Below are positions 22,263 through 35,520 of a stretch of DNA of 64,000 bases, one piece after another. Every line of letters begins with the position of its first letter. Within the stretch, counting starts at the first letter, position 1. The stretch lies in the NCBI GenBank assembly GCA_026770705.1, contig JANJGN010000301.1:1-64000 (forward strand), read 5' to 3'. Below the pieces are notes generated by a model that saw nothing but the letters and a program-made list of their open reading frames with translations, searched no databases and was not told where the DNA came from. Made by a program: the position numbers and the translations under genes. This stretch comes from Isurus oxyrinchus (taxonomy: Eukaryota).

Positions 22263-25200
22263 ACTTTATCTCAATTTTGTTTTACAGCCCCCGTGTGAGG
22301 CGTTTTGTAACATATAAAAATTTTAAAAATGTTATGAACATATGTTAAACGTGGTTGTTGTGAGATTACACTTTCTGTTGTGTAGATATTCGTTGGCTAA
22401 TGCTGGCATAACTTGTATTGTGTGGGTATGACTTGCATTGTATGGGTGTAACTTGCACTTTGTGGGGACCCTATGTGTTGTCTCTAAGTTTAACTTCCAT
22501 CATGTCAGTACATTCGGCAGCATTTGACACTCACTGTCATTCTGATTCTCGCCTGGTCTCATGTCACTGAGCTATGTTGGCTTCGGTCTAATGGCTAGAA
22601 ATGTTTCTTGTAGTGTCTCCCATAAATGAACGTTCCACATGACTAAGGCTGCTTTAGATCTGCCCAAATATTAACAAATCACATTCAAAACGACATTGGG
22701 CTGCATGAGACTTCAAGACTCGATAGTCGTCTCCCAAGTGTGTACCAACATTCTACCACCTCCCAAAAAGAACTTGGGAAATAATTGCTGAATCTATTTC
22801 TTCAAGTAACTGTAAATAATTATAGAAGCTAATTGTCTCTCTGTAGAATTCCTATAGTACAAATGAGGGTCTGTTTGAGCTTGTAACATAGAATCTCTGT
22901 GACCAAATGTCACCAGCAGAGACCATCGCTTCTCATAGAAAATGCACTGCCGAATATCTGGCGTAGTTTATGCTATTTACTGTCCAATGTTTGCTGCTAT
23001 TGGAGTTCCGTGTAAATCTTTGGACTAAATCATCAATTGGACAAATCACTGTTTTATGAAGCTGGTTCTGTCATTGATAATTAACAATGTGACATAGTCA
23101 TTTCCAGGTATTTGTTTGAACTCATTTGCTTAGGGGTACACTAACTTTCCATCGTTTAAATATTTCTTTCTTTTCAACTCAAGCATTCATAATTAAGTCT
23201 CTGAAACACCCAATACTCTCCATATATTCCTTTACACCATACCCATGCTCAGGTCGCTAGATTGATTTCTAAAAAGTAATATTCTGGTAACTTTTACGAA
23301 ACCTTTCATTCACTGTTATTCTTCTACTAGTGAGAATTTGAGAATACATTTCCAACGATACCAACTTTGGGTAGATTTTTAATTTTATGTTAGTCTAAAA
23401 ATGCGAGTGTAATAGCCAGTGTTATACCTGCTTTGAATAATGGTTCCATTGTTTTCAGGTGAAATACAATACTGGGGGGATGTGGAATGAGCTGCATTAT
23501 CATTATCTTCTGCTTGAAATGGTTGAGGGGTGAAATTGGCCTTGCGCTGTTAAGCAAGCTGGCTGCCAGTTTTATACTCGATCCAGTTCTCTGTCCCATT
23601 GACATCAGAGGAGTAGAAATCGGACCGAGTGTAAAACAGGCCATTCAATGGATGCGGCCCAAAAACGGTTCCTGCCCCATGGGAGTCAAAGGATATCGGG
23701 GGCAGGTGGGAATGTGGAATTGAGGCCATAGTCAGATCAACCATGATCTTATTGAATGGTGAAGCAGGCTCGAGGGGCCGGAAAACCTAACTGCTCCTGA
23801 CTTTTATGTTTGATGTCCCTGAAACATTTGCCCAGGCTACTGAATTAATAGTTTAGTGGCATAGCCACAATAGTAATCTTCCCTTTGAGTTTGCCTCCCT
23901 TACATTACGCCCGTCAATTATTATTTCCCATTCAGCGTTAAAATTGTCCTTTCATTTGTCTCATTGTGGGTTTGCCATCATAATGGAAGCCATGAAGTTA
24001 TGAACTAAATGCAGTCTAAAAATCAATGTGGAGATCTGATGAGAAGAATCACTGGTGTCAAATGTTTTTAATTACAAGGTCAATCATTATATTTACCGAA
24101 TAAGATAACAGAATTAATTATGTTTCAGTTCTTTGTCACTTTCATGAGAAAACCAGGTTAATATTTACTTCTGGAGTGAGTCTTACTGAGGCGCCATTAC
24201 TTTGTTCTAATGGACGGTTTTGCTACGCTGTGTTCTGAAACATTTTATCTGGCCAGAGCTGCTTGAAGGAAGAAGGAAACGTTCTTTTGTTTCATACGTG
24301 ACAAAAACCCCTGTAGATAACTGAGGTCAGACGTGTTTGCAGAAAAATCGTTGAGGCTGAGCAAAGGAATGTACAGTTTAACATAGAACTTTCATGGGAA
24401 CCAGGTTATGTTCTTCTAACGGAATCTCATGCTTATGTCACTGGGTTAAAGATCCAGAGGCCTGAGCCAATGACCCAGGGATATGAGTTCCAATTCTACT
24501 AATTAATTTAAATGGAGATAATAAATAACTTTGGAATAAAGTTATAGTATTGTAGGAATAGTGATCAGGATCATCGCAATAAACTCTAACCGGTTTAGTA
24601 ACGTCCTTCAGGGAAGGAAATCTACTCCGGCCCATGTATGATTCCAAATCCACAGCAATGTGGTTGAACATTAACCGCCTTCTTAAATGACCCAGAAAAC
24701 CACTCAGTCGGTAAGTGGCGGCTCGCCACCCCATCTGAAAGGAAATTAGTGATGGACAATAAATGCTGTTGCTCCAATGTCGCCTAAATCCAGTGAACGA
24801 ATGAATAAAAAGGATCTGCGTGTAGGAGGGGCTGGAGTGCCAACCCTACATCCGGGAAGCTGGATGATAAGTTGAAACCGCTGTTGACTTGAGAGTCAGG
24901 CACTGTGCCGAGCCGTAATCCTACCTGTCCAGCGGTGAACTGAAGGCTCTGTCAGCTGTCGACACAGAAAAGGACTTGAACCACTATCTAGTGGAATCTT
25001 ATCCGTGAAACAACAATTCTCAATTTATTCTTGAATATTGCTGCATGATATTGCTGGATAATTATTATGGCATATTATTATGTTTTTTTGCTCAGATTTT
25101 ATTATTACTGCATCTGATTCTATTTTTCATTGTTTTACTTTTGCTACGTTTGCTATTTCTCATTAGTTGCAGGATTATTTGTCTCGGTTTTCTGGCATCC

Positions 25201-25525
25201 CTACATCATTAGTACAGTACATGTAATTTGCACGCACAGATGAACTTCTCATTAATAAATTTATAAATCCACAACCGATGAGGTTGGATTGTCAATCTCT
25301 AATGAGTGGCTTCAGAGCTCCCTAATCATAAAATAAGAATGTCAACCAAATTTCAATAAGCGAATGTGTCAGAGTATTTTTCTACGAGTAGAAATAATAA
25401 AATATATTTTTATGGCAGTAATTTATTCGCATGATGAACTTTGCATTTTTAAAGCGGGTTTCCTTCGATCACACTCACTTCCAAAGCCAATGGACTTGTT
25501 GTCTCCTAAGTCCCCATGTCGAGCG

Positions 25526-25845
25526 AGTTATTGTACAGGCTCTTTGTCTCTTTGCTTCACCGTGCCTCACCATACTGTAATACATCGCAGCATCTGACAG
25601 CTCAGCCGTGTTAACAGTGAGACTGGTGGAGCTTTTCTCACGGTCCACAAATATTTTAAACCTTCCCTTAACGCTTTGATCTCTGTATGTGGAAACGAGA
25701 TACTAGGGAGCTTGATTGGAGAATTGCTGGTACCAGAATACAAGATCATTTACAGCGAATGTAGCACGGTGATGAAGCGAAATAGTTTGTCCGACAGTTC
25801 CCCGATACATCGATATCTGAAATGTCTTCCAGTGACAAGGAACAA
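25526..25845 (-). pseudogene. TCR V pseudogene (inverted) with 23-RSS
   Basis: Minus exon 25845-25565: 'VPCHWKTFQISMYRGTVGQTISLHHRATFAVNDLVFWYQQFSNQAP*YLVSTYRDQSVKGRFKIFVDREKSSTSLTVNTAELSDAAMYYSMVR'. Both Cys lost, one stop. RSS CACGGTG-23-ACAATAACT. Confidence 0.85.
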
Positions 25846-26370
25846 CTGTGAAAACATTAGTAACATCAGCTTAGTTATACATGCAAGGATAAAGCGTTTG
25901 CCGATNNNNNNNNNNNNNNNNNNNNNNNNNNNNNNNNNNNNNNNNNNNNNNNNNNNNNNNNNNNNNNNNNNNNNNNNNNNNNNNNNNNNNNNNNNNNNNN
26001 NNNNNNNNNNNNNNNNNNNNNNNNNNNNNNNNNNNNNNNNNNNNNNNNNNNNNNNNCCACATTCCTCTCTATTTATTTGTCTATTTTTCTCATCATTTAT
26101 CAATCTTTCTCTCGCATATCTACTGTCCATGTATCTGAGAGGCGGTGTTATTTTTTCTGTGTATCTCTTTACGTTGAACAAACGAACATCGGAAATTTTA
26201 TTTAGTACTTTTCGATGCTCTGTATCTGTAGTAGGAGCGGTAGGATGTTATAACTTCATCCAGATAAAAATTAAAACATGGGAAAGTAGTGTTTCTGAAC
26301 ATCGCCGGCATTTCTAAAGGTCCTTGTTTGGGGAAAGATTAAAGCTGCAGCGGAGACACAGCAGTGAACA

Positions 26371-26772
26371 AGATATTGTACAGCCAGATCCGCTCTTTGT
26401 CCCACTGTGTCTTCTTCCAGTAGTGATAAATTCCAGCGTCCTGGTCCACGGTATCATCTATAGAGATGGTATTGGACCTCTTTGCTCGGTCAAAGGTTAG
26501 TGTGTAGCGTCCTTTGGTCACATTCTCCTGGATAATGGAGGTGATAAATGTCGCAGACCCTGTCAGTGTTTGTCGGTACCAGGCTACGGTATAACCTGAG
26601 CCAACGGAGAGCCGACAGCCTTGATCCTCACACTGAATGGCTCTGAACAAAAGAAAAACCACTGAGCCACCACGGGGTACTGAGAGATTAGTAAAAAAGA
26701 ATGCATCTGATGATGTAAATAAACTCACACAATGTCAACAGCAACAGGGCTCCAACTGGAATCAGGTCTTTG
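26371..26772 (-). pseudogene. TCR/Ig-type V pseudogene (inverted) with leader remnant and 23-RSS
   Basis: Leader-like 'DLIPVGALLLLTL' + GTGAGT, no ATG. V 'AIQCEDQGCRLSVGSGYTVAWYRQ...KGRYTLTFDRAKRSNTISIDDTVDQDAGIYHYW' has a truncated FR1 and no second Cys. RSS CACAGTG (26409-26403)-23-ACAATATCT. Confidence 0.85.
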
Positions 26773-28644
26773 CTGAAGTTTCTGTTTATGACGATGAAAC
26801 TTGACAAAAGGCGAAGCAATCAGGGCCTGATTTGTAGACTGGGACTTGCTGCCGAGTCCAGGATGGTGGGGAAGTGGAGAGGAGACGGGAGAGCTTTACA
26901 TTCTCCTCTTGAATGTGAGACTGATGGGCGACATTCTCATCGATTGGGCAATTATGGGATGTTGTCATATGAAATTACTCATGGTGCCAGTTAGTGATTG
27001 GAGGTTTCTCAAAACTTAGACCACTTGAATTGTCACTGTTTCCGAACCTCTCTGCTTCCTTTATGTAGCACCATGTTATATTGTTTCATAATGTCTGTGC
27101 TCTGTTCTCTTTATAACTGAAAAGAGCCAGTCGTCAGCTCACAACACAAAGAGAGGAAGTTCGGGCCATTACCCATGTGTGCTGGTTGGCATATAGAGTT
27201 ATACACTTATTCTGAATCATCTGTCCACCATTCGTATATTTTGACTTCTTAAAAATTCATTTTACTGGTCAAACAATGAACTATTCGTCTTTTAAAAATA
27301 CTTAATATTTTGTTTTCATCTCTGTTTCTCATGGGCCATAACATCCTCTAACAGTCCAGTGCTCAAAACACAAAAACATCTTCAAATCTCTCCATCCACT
27401 ACAATAGTGGGAAACTTCAATGATGCCATCCAGTTACCCACTGATTCACTCTCTTTTTAACCTTTTCCAAACCTTCCATGATTGGGTACAAGTCAGTCAG
27501 TCCACTTCTTAATATTCTGTGCTCTGGTGGAAAGATCTTCAGTTGCTCAAGTTTCTGCTCAGGACTATCCCCTCTCATCCCGGTGATATCGTTCACAATC
27601 CATCCTACACACTGACTTCCAGGTTAACACCAAACGAAAGAAGGGTCACAAAAACGACCCAAGAGTTTAAACTGTGCCCTCAGCAATGATGTGTGCAGCT
27701 TTATTCTTGTTTCTGAGCTTAATAATCCGCGTCCCACTCAATTAAACGCGATTCTTTAACTCTTTATCAGCAGCACGCTCCACACTTTCTGCATCTGAAT
27801 TCTGAACTCTTTCTCCCCCTTTACCCAGTTCAATTAATATTTATTTCTCAGTACCCCGTAACCATTCACACCCTTGTTAATCAAGAATCTATCTAGCTCT
27901 GCCTTTAAAATATTCAAAGACTCTTTTTCCACCGGCTGTTGTGGAACTTTCTTCCTCAAAAGGCGCTGAAAGCGGAGCCTTTGAATATTTTTAAGGCAGA
28001 ACTAGATATATTCTTGATAACCAAGGATGTGAAACGGAGGTAGGCGGGAATGTGGGGTTCAGATTATAGTCAGATCATCCATGAATTTATTAAATGGCAG
28101 AGCAGGCTCGAAGGGCCGTGTGGCCTACTCCTGCTCCTATTTCGTATGTTAGCATGTTAGTTCTTTTCGGGATTCGTCTAGTTTGCATTTTGTTTTTTTA
28201 TGAGGCATACAGACACGACAACTTTAGGTTTTCCTTCAGGTGATTAAGTGGATCGTTCTTCTGATGGTCACTGAGTATTATTCCTCTCCGCTGCCTGTGC
28301 GGGTATTTCTAATGGGGCGAGACCGCCACCTGCCGGTATATTTGGGTAAAATTGCTTTGTCGCATTTATCAAACTCGGTATTTCGTTCTGTCGAAGGGTC
28401 ATGAAGACTCGAAACGTCAACTCTTTTCTTCTCCGCCGATGCTGCCAGACCTGCTGAGTTTTTCCAGGTAATTCTGTTTTTGTTTTCGGTATTTCGTCCC
28501 TGGAATAGTTTATTTTTCATTTATCTTACTGTGGAGAGACGTTACCCGAACACAATTGTAAAGATTGTGGACATTGCATTTTTATATATTTCATTTAAAG
28601 TGACACTAAATCATAAAAATAAAGCATTATTAACAAACAAATAA

Positions 28645-28712
28645 AGATGTGTGAGCGTGTGTATGTGTGATTATGACAGTATCCAGCAGACGGTAGATTG
28701 CTAAAGATATGT

Positions 28713-28750
<38 letters not shown>

Positions 28751-29230
28751 TTGTGACACTGTCCAGCAGAGGGCAGATTGCTAAAGTTGCGTGCGTGTGT
28801 GTGTGTGTTGGTGTTTGTGTGTGTGTGTGTGTGTGTGTGTTTGTATGTGATTATGACAGTTTCCTGCAGAGGGTCGATTGTGAAGCTGTGTGTGTGTTTG
28901 TGCCTATGTGTGTGATTCCGGCAATATCCAGCAGGGGGTAGGTTACTAAAAGTGTGTGCGTGCGCAAGTGTGTGCATGTGAAATTATGGCAGTGTCCAGC
29001 AAGTCGCTGAAGGTGTGTGTGTGCGTGTGCGGGTGTATGTGTGATTCCGGCAGTGTCCAGCAGGGGGTAGGCTGCTGCAGAAAAGTGTGTGTACATGTGT
29101 GTGTGGTTCTCACCGTGTGTGCGTTTGTGTGTTTATCTGTGTGTGTGTGCGCGCGCGCGTGTGTGCCTGTCTGTCTGTGTGTACGTGTCTGTGTTGTGCG
29201 GGGTGTGTGTGTGTGTGGGGGTGCGCGTTC
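28645..29230. repeat. Compound minisatellite: (GT)n alternating with a ~40-bp unit
   Basis: About 6 copies of 'gtgattatgacagtgtccagcagrgggtagattgctaaag' separated by GT tracts. Confidence 0.85.
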
Positions 29231-31559
29231 AATCTAATGGGGGGATTACCAGCACTCGATCACAGGAACTGTAACATATGAAGTGCCTGGGGTAAATGGT
29301 GTGGGTCTATGTCAGGAAGGGATAGATAAACACAGGCGGGAGAAAATAATAATTGTATAGTGAGGTAAAAGTCGTGAAACGACTGTGCACTATGACTAGA
29401 TAACAGGAAGTAGACACGCCAAAGGGAATGGCATAATTACTAATTGCTTCCGTGACTTAATTCATTTATTCCAATCACTTTAGCAAGGTACGAACAAGAC
29501 CGAGTGTCGCAGACTGGCACATTCCAATATCCAGGATTACGTGCTGAGGGATGCACTAAAGATTTTGGGAGTCGCCGTTGAGGCGCAATGGGGAAAGGTC
29601 AATGTCTAAGTTCTTTCAGCCATAGTGCACGGAGGGGCCTGGAATTGCATTGGCCCGTCGGGCTGTATGACTCACACTGAATGTATGCAGTGAACACTAC
29701 TTGCATCACAATTGCATTGAAGAACCTCAGAGTGCAATGCGACATGTGTCGATAACTTAAATTCCATTCCGCTGTCTGACTGCCTGTATTGACCATGCTG
29801 AAACGTCTGTAATGCTCATTGATTGTATTGAAGCACTTCATGATCTATGTGGAAAACTGAAATATGGTTGCACTTTTTGTGAAGCCCATTTTGAAATGTT
29901 TTGCACTACTCCTTCAGAAATATTATGATTAAAGTATATTTTGGCAAAAAAAAAGCTAGATCACAGGAGGCAGGCTCAGTAAATGGAATGACATAATTAC
30001 TAACTGCTACAATGACGTAGTTCATTTATTAATATCACCTTAGTAGGATGCGAAGAAGACAATAACTGATACACAGATAAAAGGTTAAAAATCCTGGAAA
30101 ACTCTATCTGGAATGTGCAGGGAGAAGAATTGAACTCTGCTCCCAGTGGGAGAGGGTACTGTCACTGATACTGTATCTATTCTTTTAGCTGGGAGACCTC
30201 CTGGAAATCTGACCTGTACACTGCACTTTGCCTTGTACTACATGCGACTACTGAATTGCCACCACAGCCGTTTCGGGGCAATGCCCATCTGAATGGTTTT
30301 GAAGAGCAACTCCCGCCTTCTGAATTGAAGGAGAAATTGCTGGGGTGAAATTCTGATTTCCTCCACCAGGTGGCAGAGGAAACTTAGAAATCGCCCTTCT
30401 CCCTGCCTGGAGCCGGCCTCTCCCAATGACCAGCCTTGGAATTGTCTGTCATCCAATCTGTGCTTCCAAATCCCATTTCGCTCCTTGAATCCACTCGGAC
30501 TCAATGGGTGTATTCACCCGCCTGCAGGGAAACAACAGTCGCTGTCCCACTCGCTGGTCCTTTGGAAAATAGGTAGAAGGTTCATCCACATTATCGACTC
30601 TCACATCCATACTGGCAATGCTTCCACAATCTGTTCTAAGGGGAGACTGGTGAGATTTGGGGTCAAGTCCATTTGCCTCATGAGCAGTTTTTTTTGCCCA
30701 AATACGTTTGCCCTTTGGTCAGTCTCAGTTTTAAATGCAATAGCTAGATCTTTGTTTGTTTCCTGCCAGTCAGTTATTGCTGAACGACACCATTCTTTTG
30801 CCTCTGTAACACTGAAGTCTGTCTAAGTTGTTGCTGTTCTGAATTATGTCACTTTACTTCATTTTCCTGTTCCGTCTCACTCATTACTGCACTGCCTGCC
30901 TCTGTTACATGACTGCAGGTTCTGTCGTTGGTTTGAAGATACGAGACTGTTTCTCTGTTTAGGATCCACTGGATCCTGCCTCATTGACGACTGCATTCGG
31001 TATATTAATATGACATATTCTTGGAGACCCATAATTGGGAAGTTTAGTTCAGTGTTAATCAGTAGCCCAGTTCCAGTACATTGGGATGGGATGCCGATTT
31101 GTTCTGTCCCCCACTGACAGATGCGGTCCTCTGTTTGAACCAATTTCAACTATGAAGGCATCAGTAACTATAGAATAATATAACAATTCTCTAATTCCTG
31201 TCGCGAGCCTGTTTGTCCAAGATTTGAAATGAAGATGAACATAACGCAGTCCATACAGAAAGACAGAATTATATAATTTCTGTTTGCGCATTAGCCTTGA
31301 ATTCAGCTCATTATAGACAGATTGTACGTGAGAGAATGGTGCGTGCGGCCGCCTCCCCATAGTTCGTTTGTTTCTATTCCTCTGATCTTACTTACCTTTC
31401 CTGTGCTTTGGAAAAGTGCTTGCTGCTGTTCCCGCTTTGACGTTGGTTGGATCAGCGGTCGAGTGGGATGGGGTTTGCATTTCTGCCCTGACAGAAGAAT
31501 TGGGGATTGTAGAAAAACAAGCCAGTTAGCTTAGTATCTGTCCTTGGGAAAATATTGGT

Positions 31560-31995
31560 GTCTATTATAAATCATGCAATAGCAGAGCCTTTAGAAATAC
31601 ATAGTCTAATGAAGCAGAGTCAGTATGCTTGACAAATTAATTCTAATTCTTTGGTGAGGTAACAAGTAGAATTGAAAAAGGAGAACCAGTAGATGCAATG
31701 TATTTGAATTTCCAAAATGCGTTCGGTAAGGTACTACACATATGGCTACTTAACAAGATAAGAGCCCACCGTGTTGGGGGTAGTATATGAGCATGGATAA
31801 AGGATTGGCTAACTAATAGAAGACAGAGAGATGAGTTAAGGGGGCATTTTCAGGATGGCAACCTGTAACTAGTGGGGTGCCACAGGGAGCAGTGTTGGGG
31901 CCTCAATTATTTACAACATATATTGATGCCTTAGATGAGGGAAGTGAATGTACAATCGTCAAGATTGCAGATGACACAAAATAGGTGCGAAAACA
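31560..31995 (+). mobile_element. CR1 LINE RT fragment
   Basis: 'agtggggtgccacagggagcagtgttggggcctcaa' ([12 protein letters not shown]) and 'gcagatgacacaaaa' (ADDTK). Confidence 0.85.
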
Positions 31996-32029
31996 AATGA
32001 CATGAGCTCAGTACCTGGTTGTACACAAT

Positions 32030-33010
32030 TATTCCAGAATTAAGCAATAATCATTTATTGCTGCACTGTACAATGCATTTGCTTATATTAAACCAGAGCT
32101 CACCTCATTTATTACTGCACTGGACTGTCACACTAAATGATGTCTTTGCTATTACTGCATTAGATTTGCCTCTACTTATGTTACACCAGGCACAATTTTT
32201 GTTATTACTGACTACAATATCTTAATGTTTATATTTATATTACACCAGGCACTACCTCAGTCGAACTACACTAGACCACACCTCACTTTATGTTGCATTC
32301 GTCCCTTTTTCCATTAATTTGCAATAGGGTGCATATCCTTCTATGTTTCCCTAGGCCAAATCTCAGTTATTATTGCAATAGATGAACTCTGTTAGTGTTC
32401 AGCAATATCCTGTCTCGGTATTACACCAGTGAATCTCACTCTTTATATTACATTAACCTGTGTCTCTGTTTATGGTACATGAGACACCATCTCCTTTATT
32501 GCGGCATTTGACATGTCTCTGCTTGTATGACGCTAGGCCTTGCCTGAATTACGACTGAGTGAGACTCCGTCTCGGTTTATATTACACTGGCCATTTTCTA
32601 TGCTCTTTTGCACTAGGACATGATTGAGTTTACATTGCACTAGGCCATAATCCTGCTGATTTTGCACTACGACAGTACTATAATAGCCTATGCCCCTGTG
32701 TAAATTACATTAAACCATGTCATGTTATCTAGAGACCTGTCTGAACTATTATCTCATAACCCTTGATCTTGTTTATATTTCGGTAGGCCCTATCTTTGTT
32801 ATTTCGGGTCTAAACCAAACTCTTGTTTACATTACACTAGACCCAATTTCTAGTTGCCTTACTCCTGGCCTTTTTTCCGTTAATACTGAAATAGACTCAG
32901 CTTCTATTTATGTTACACGAGGCCGTGCCTTTGTTAATGCCATTCTTGGCCATATATTATCTATGCTTATTTGCACTACACATTTATATGTTTACCTTAA
33001 CAGTGATTTA
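32030..33010 (+). repeat. Degenerate ~27-bp tandem repeat (also ~12880-13090; inverted at ~43590-44500 and ~48060-48760)
   Basis: Recurring 'ccatgtctctatttatattacaccagg' / 'tctcagttattactgcactaga'-like units. Confidence 0.6.
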
Positions 33011-33120
33011 CACTAATTATTATTCTCAAAGCAGCACTTTATCACGTTAACAAAGCTGACAGCAATTGGCCGGACGTGCAGAAAAAAATGTGGGTTTTAT
33101 ACATTGCATCTCAAATCATC

Positions 33121-33347
33121 GGCCATGTTTGTGAGACGTACTGTCGATCGTGTTTGTGTGACGCACAGCTGGCCATGTTTGTATGAAGTACTATTGGCCA
33201 TGTTTGCGTTACGTACTGTCGGCAATGTTGTTGTGACAAAGCTGTCGGCCAGGTTTGTGTGATGTAATGTCGATCATCTTTGTGTGACGAAACTGTCGAT
33301 CATGTTTGTGTGACGAAACTGTCGGCCCGGTTTGTGCGACGTGCTGC
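33121..33347 (+). repeat. 25-26-bp minisatellite, 9 copies
   Basis: Unit 'ggccatgtttgtgtgacgtactgtc'; only about 2 units at the paralogous site 13229-13277. Confidence 0.9.
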
Positions 33348-34203
33348 GGTTCTTAATTTCCGTTTCGGCCTTTAATGGCCTTTCCGTCCCTGTACGCAAT
33401 GTTGAGCAGCATTTTCCCGAACTCCGCTGTCAGCTTTGTGAAGCCTCGAACATCGGCCTTGTCACGGGGTTTATTAGACTGAGTGTTGCTGTTGCTGGTT
33501 GAGAGATAATTATACACCATATACAGATTTCAGAACAGAAGGTAGTGACTGTGATCTTTAAAGACACCCCCCGAATGTCTATTGTCCTCCCGAGTGTCGT
33601 TTCATTCATTCTCAGTGACTGCAAACAGAAATTCTGAATATTCCCAATTTGGAAGTCAAACGTGGCTGAAATTAAGCACCATTTAACATGTAACCCACCG
33701 CAGGGCTAGTGCAGGAACCATTTGGCTAAATGACAGGGGAAATCTCCGGAATATTACAATAAGAGCGAGTCGGGGGTTTCTCTCGGTGTCCTGGGCTCAC
33801 AGGCAAACACCACCCAATACAAACACATGCTCCGACCTCCCAGTTCAGCACTGTGGGGAAAGGAAGGCGGCAGCACAACTGGCGGAAAGAAAAGCTCCCA
33901 TCCCCCACCTCTGTACACCAGAGTGTTGTGGGAGGGGCTTTCACATCCGGATCACAGCCCAAATGAATAGTCAGAAAATCGCAGCCTCCTTTTAAAAACC
34001 TGTCTCTTATTCACGCAACACTTAGACAGCGACCCGGGAATCGTGCGACCCATCAATGATCTCAGCGAAACTGTCCCGTGCAAATAAACTCGATCCCGCT
34101 AAAGTATTTCAGTCCAGCTCTGAGGTCCGGTCTCCCAGTGCAGTCCAGGGCTGCAGTCTCCAGCTCCCTGTCATATAAACCCTTAGCTCCAGGCAGCAGA
34201 ACG

Positions 34204-34677
34204 ATGGGAATCCTCCTTGCTTTCATCCTGTGTGTCTGCGTACCCCGTGAGTACCGATCAACAAACCGACATTGTGTGGAGTTAATATAAAGCCGCCCGA
34301 GTCCATCCCAATTACCGACACTGTCCGGGGTTTTAACCCCGTTCTGAGGTTCGGCTCTGATGGTCCATTAAACTATCTCTGTTTAATTTCCAGGCTCTTT
34401 CAGTCAGTCAGTGACACAGACCCCGGCAGCGGTGACCAGGAAGGAGTGTCAGTCTCTCAGCATCACCTGTGTTTTAAATGGTTACTATTATTATTTAGAA
34501 AATGGATATTTCTTCAGGCAAAACCAGACCGGGACAGAGCGGAAGCGGATCTCCAGCGGGGGGAGATTTGTTGTGTCGGTGAATAAAGCAGAAAAGACAT
34601 TTTCGCTGGAAATTCGGGAATTGAGAGTCGAAGACACCGCCACCTATTACTGTCAAGCTCAGTACGAGTACAAAGAA
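34204..34677 (+). CDS. NAR-TCR V segment 2 (IgNAR-like V): leader exon 34204-34246 + V exon 34394-34677
   Basis: Leader MGILLAFILCVCVP + GTGAGT. Open V 'SFQSVTQTPAAVTRKECQSLSITCVLNGYYYYLENGYFFRQNQTGTERKRISSGGRFVVSVNKAEKTFSLEIRELRVEDTATYYCQAQYEYKE'. Confidence 0.93.
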
Positions 34678-34715
34678 CACAGTGATGGGTCTTGGCTTCA
34701 CACGGTACAAAAACT
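34678..34715 (+). other. V-RSS, 22-bp spacer
   Basis: CACAGTG (34678-34684), 22 bp, ACAAAAACT (34707-34715). Confidence 0.92.
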
Positions 34716-35041
34716 CACTGCAGATTATCACAGAAACAAATGAGAAATCGGAGTTAATTCTGCAGTTAAACGCCCCACAGTTCCGCCTCACACCGTCTGC
34801 CTCACAGACTAGTTTATAATAAGATTGGATTATTGCCGTTAATAGCTTGAGCTTTTTAAATGCCGAATGTGAGCGGATGGTGATGTCTTTCCTGGGATTG
34901 GTGTCAGTAAGTGGGGATTGGGAATGACTGATCCCATTTGCAAACTCCTGACACCAGATGTGATCCTGGTCTAACTGCTGCAACCGGGAACCGCAGTGCC
35001 CGCTGTTTAACTAATGTCCCCAAATTTCACCAAGAACCCGG

Positions 35042-35114
35042 GGGATTTTTACTGACTTGTAACACTGTGTGGATGGATGGGAAAGTCACAGTAGAAGACA
35101 CCTGAGCAAATACC
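35042..35114 (+). other. NAR-TCR D segment 2 (core 35070-35086) with 12/12 RSS
   Basis: GGGATTTTT-12-CACTGTG | TGGATGGATGGGAAAGT | CACAGTA-12-GCAAATACC. Open in all three frames (WMDGK, GWMGK, DGWES). Confidence 0.88.
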
Positions 35115-35428
35115 TCTCCACGATCGCAATATAAATTCTCTGGGCCCGGATAGTGAATTGTCGGGTTGATGTTATTTTCGCTGTAATCTGGTTACATTTC
35201 ATTGTAATTACCACCATTCATTTATATTTCTTTGATATTTTTCTCAGTTTATATCAAGCGAACATCTCGTTCCAGGGACCATTTACTCGGAGCTCAGGAC
35301 CTCACAAAGAACAGTTTGAAACGACAGAGACTTTGAAAGGTTGAATATTGTTAATTTATATAAATCCACTGAATAATTGGGCAGTTTCTACTGTCGGATG
35401 ATGATTTTCCGGCAGGGTGAGAAGTCCT

Positions 35429-35520
35429 GGTTGTTGTACAGGGGAGACTGAGAGCGGTGTCACTGTGGTGGGTTACTGACTATCGGGATGGATCGGGGAC
35501 AGTGGTGACTGTCACAGCCG
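35429..35520 (+). other. NAR-TCR J segment 2 (coding 35468-35520) with 23-RSS
   Basis: GGTTGTTGT-23-CACTGTG (35461-35467); encodes WVTDYRDGSGTVVTVTA; phase-1 donor GTAAGT at 35521. Confidence 0.9.

Noticed and set aside
24301-24309. Perfect nonamer ACAAAAACC
   Set aside because: No heptamer at 12 or 23 bp and no adjacent V, D or J.
27870-28030. Hairpin / structured RNA
   Set aside because: Two CR1 tail fragments in opposite orientation.
28630-29281. Cys/Val- or His/Thr-rich ORFs (also 19240-19614, 54473-54826, and ORFs spanning N gaps)
   Set aside because: Translations of microsatellites or assembly gaps.
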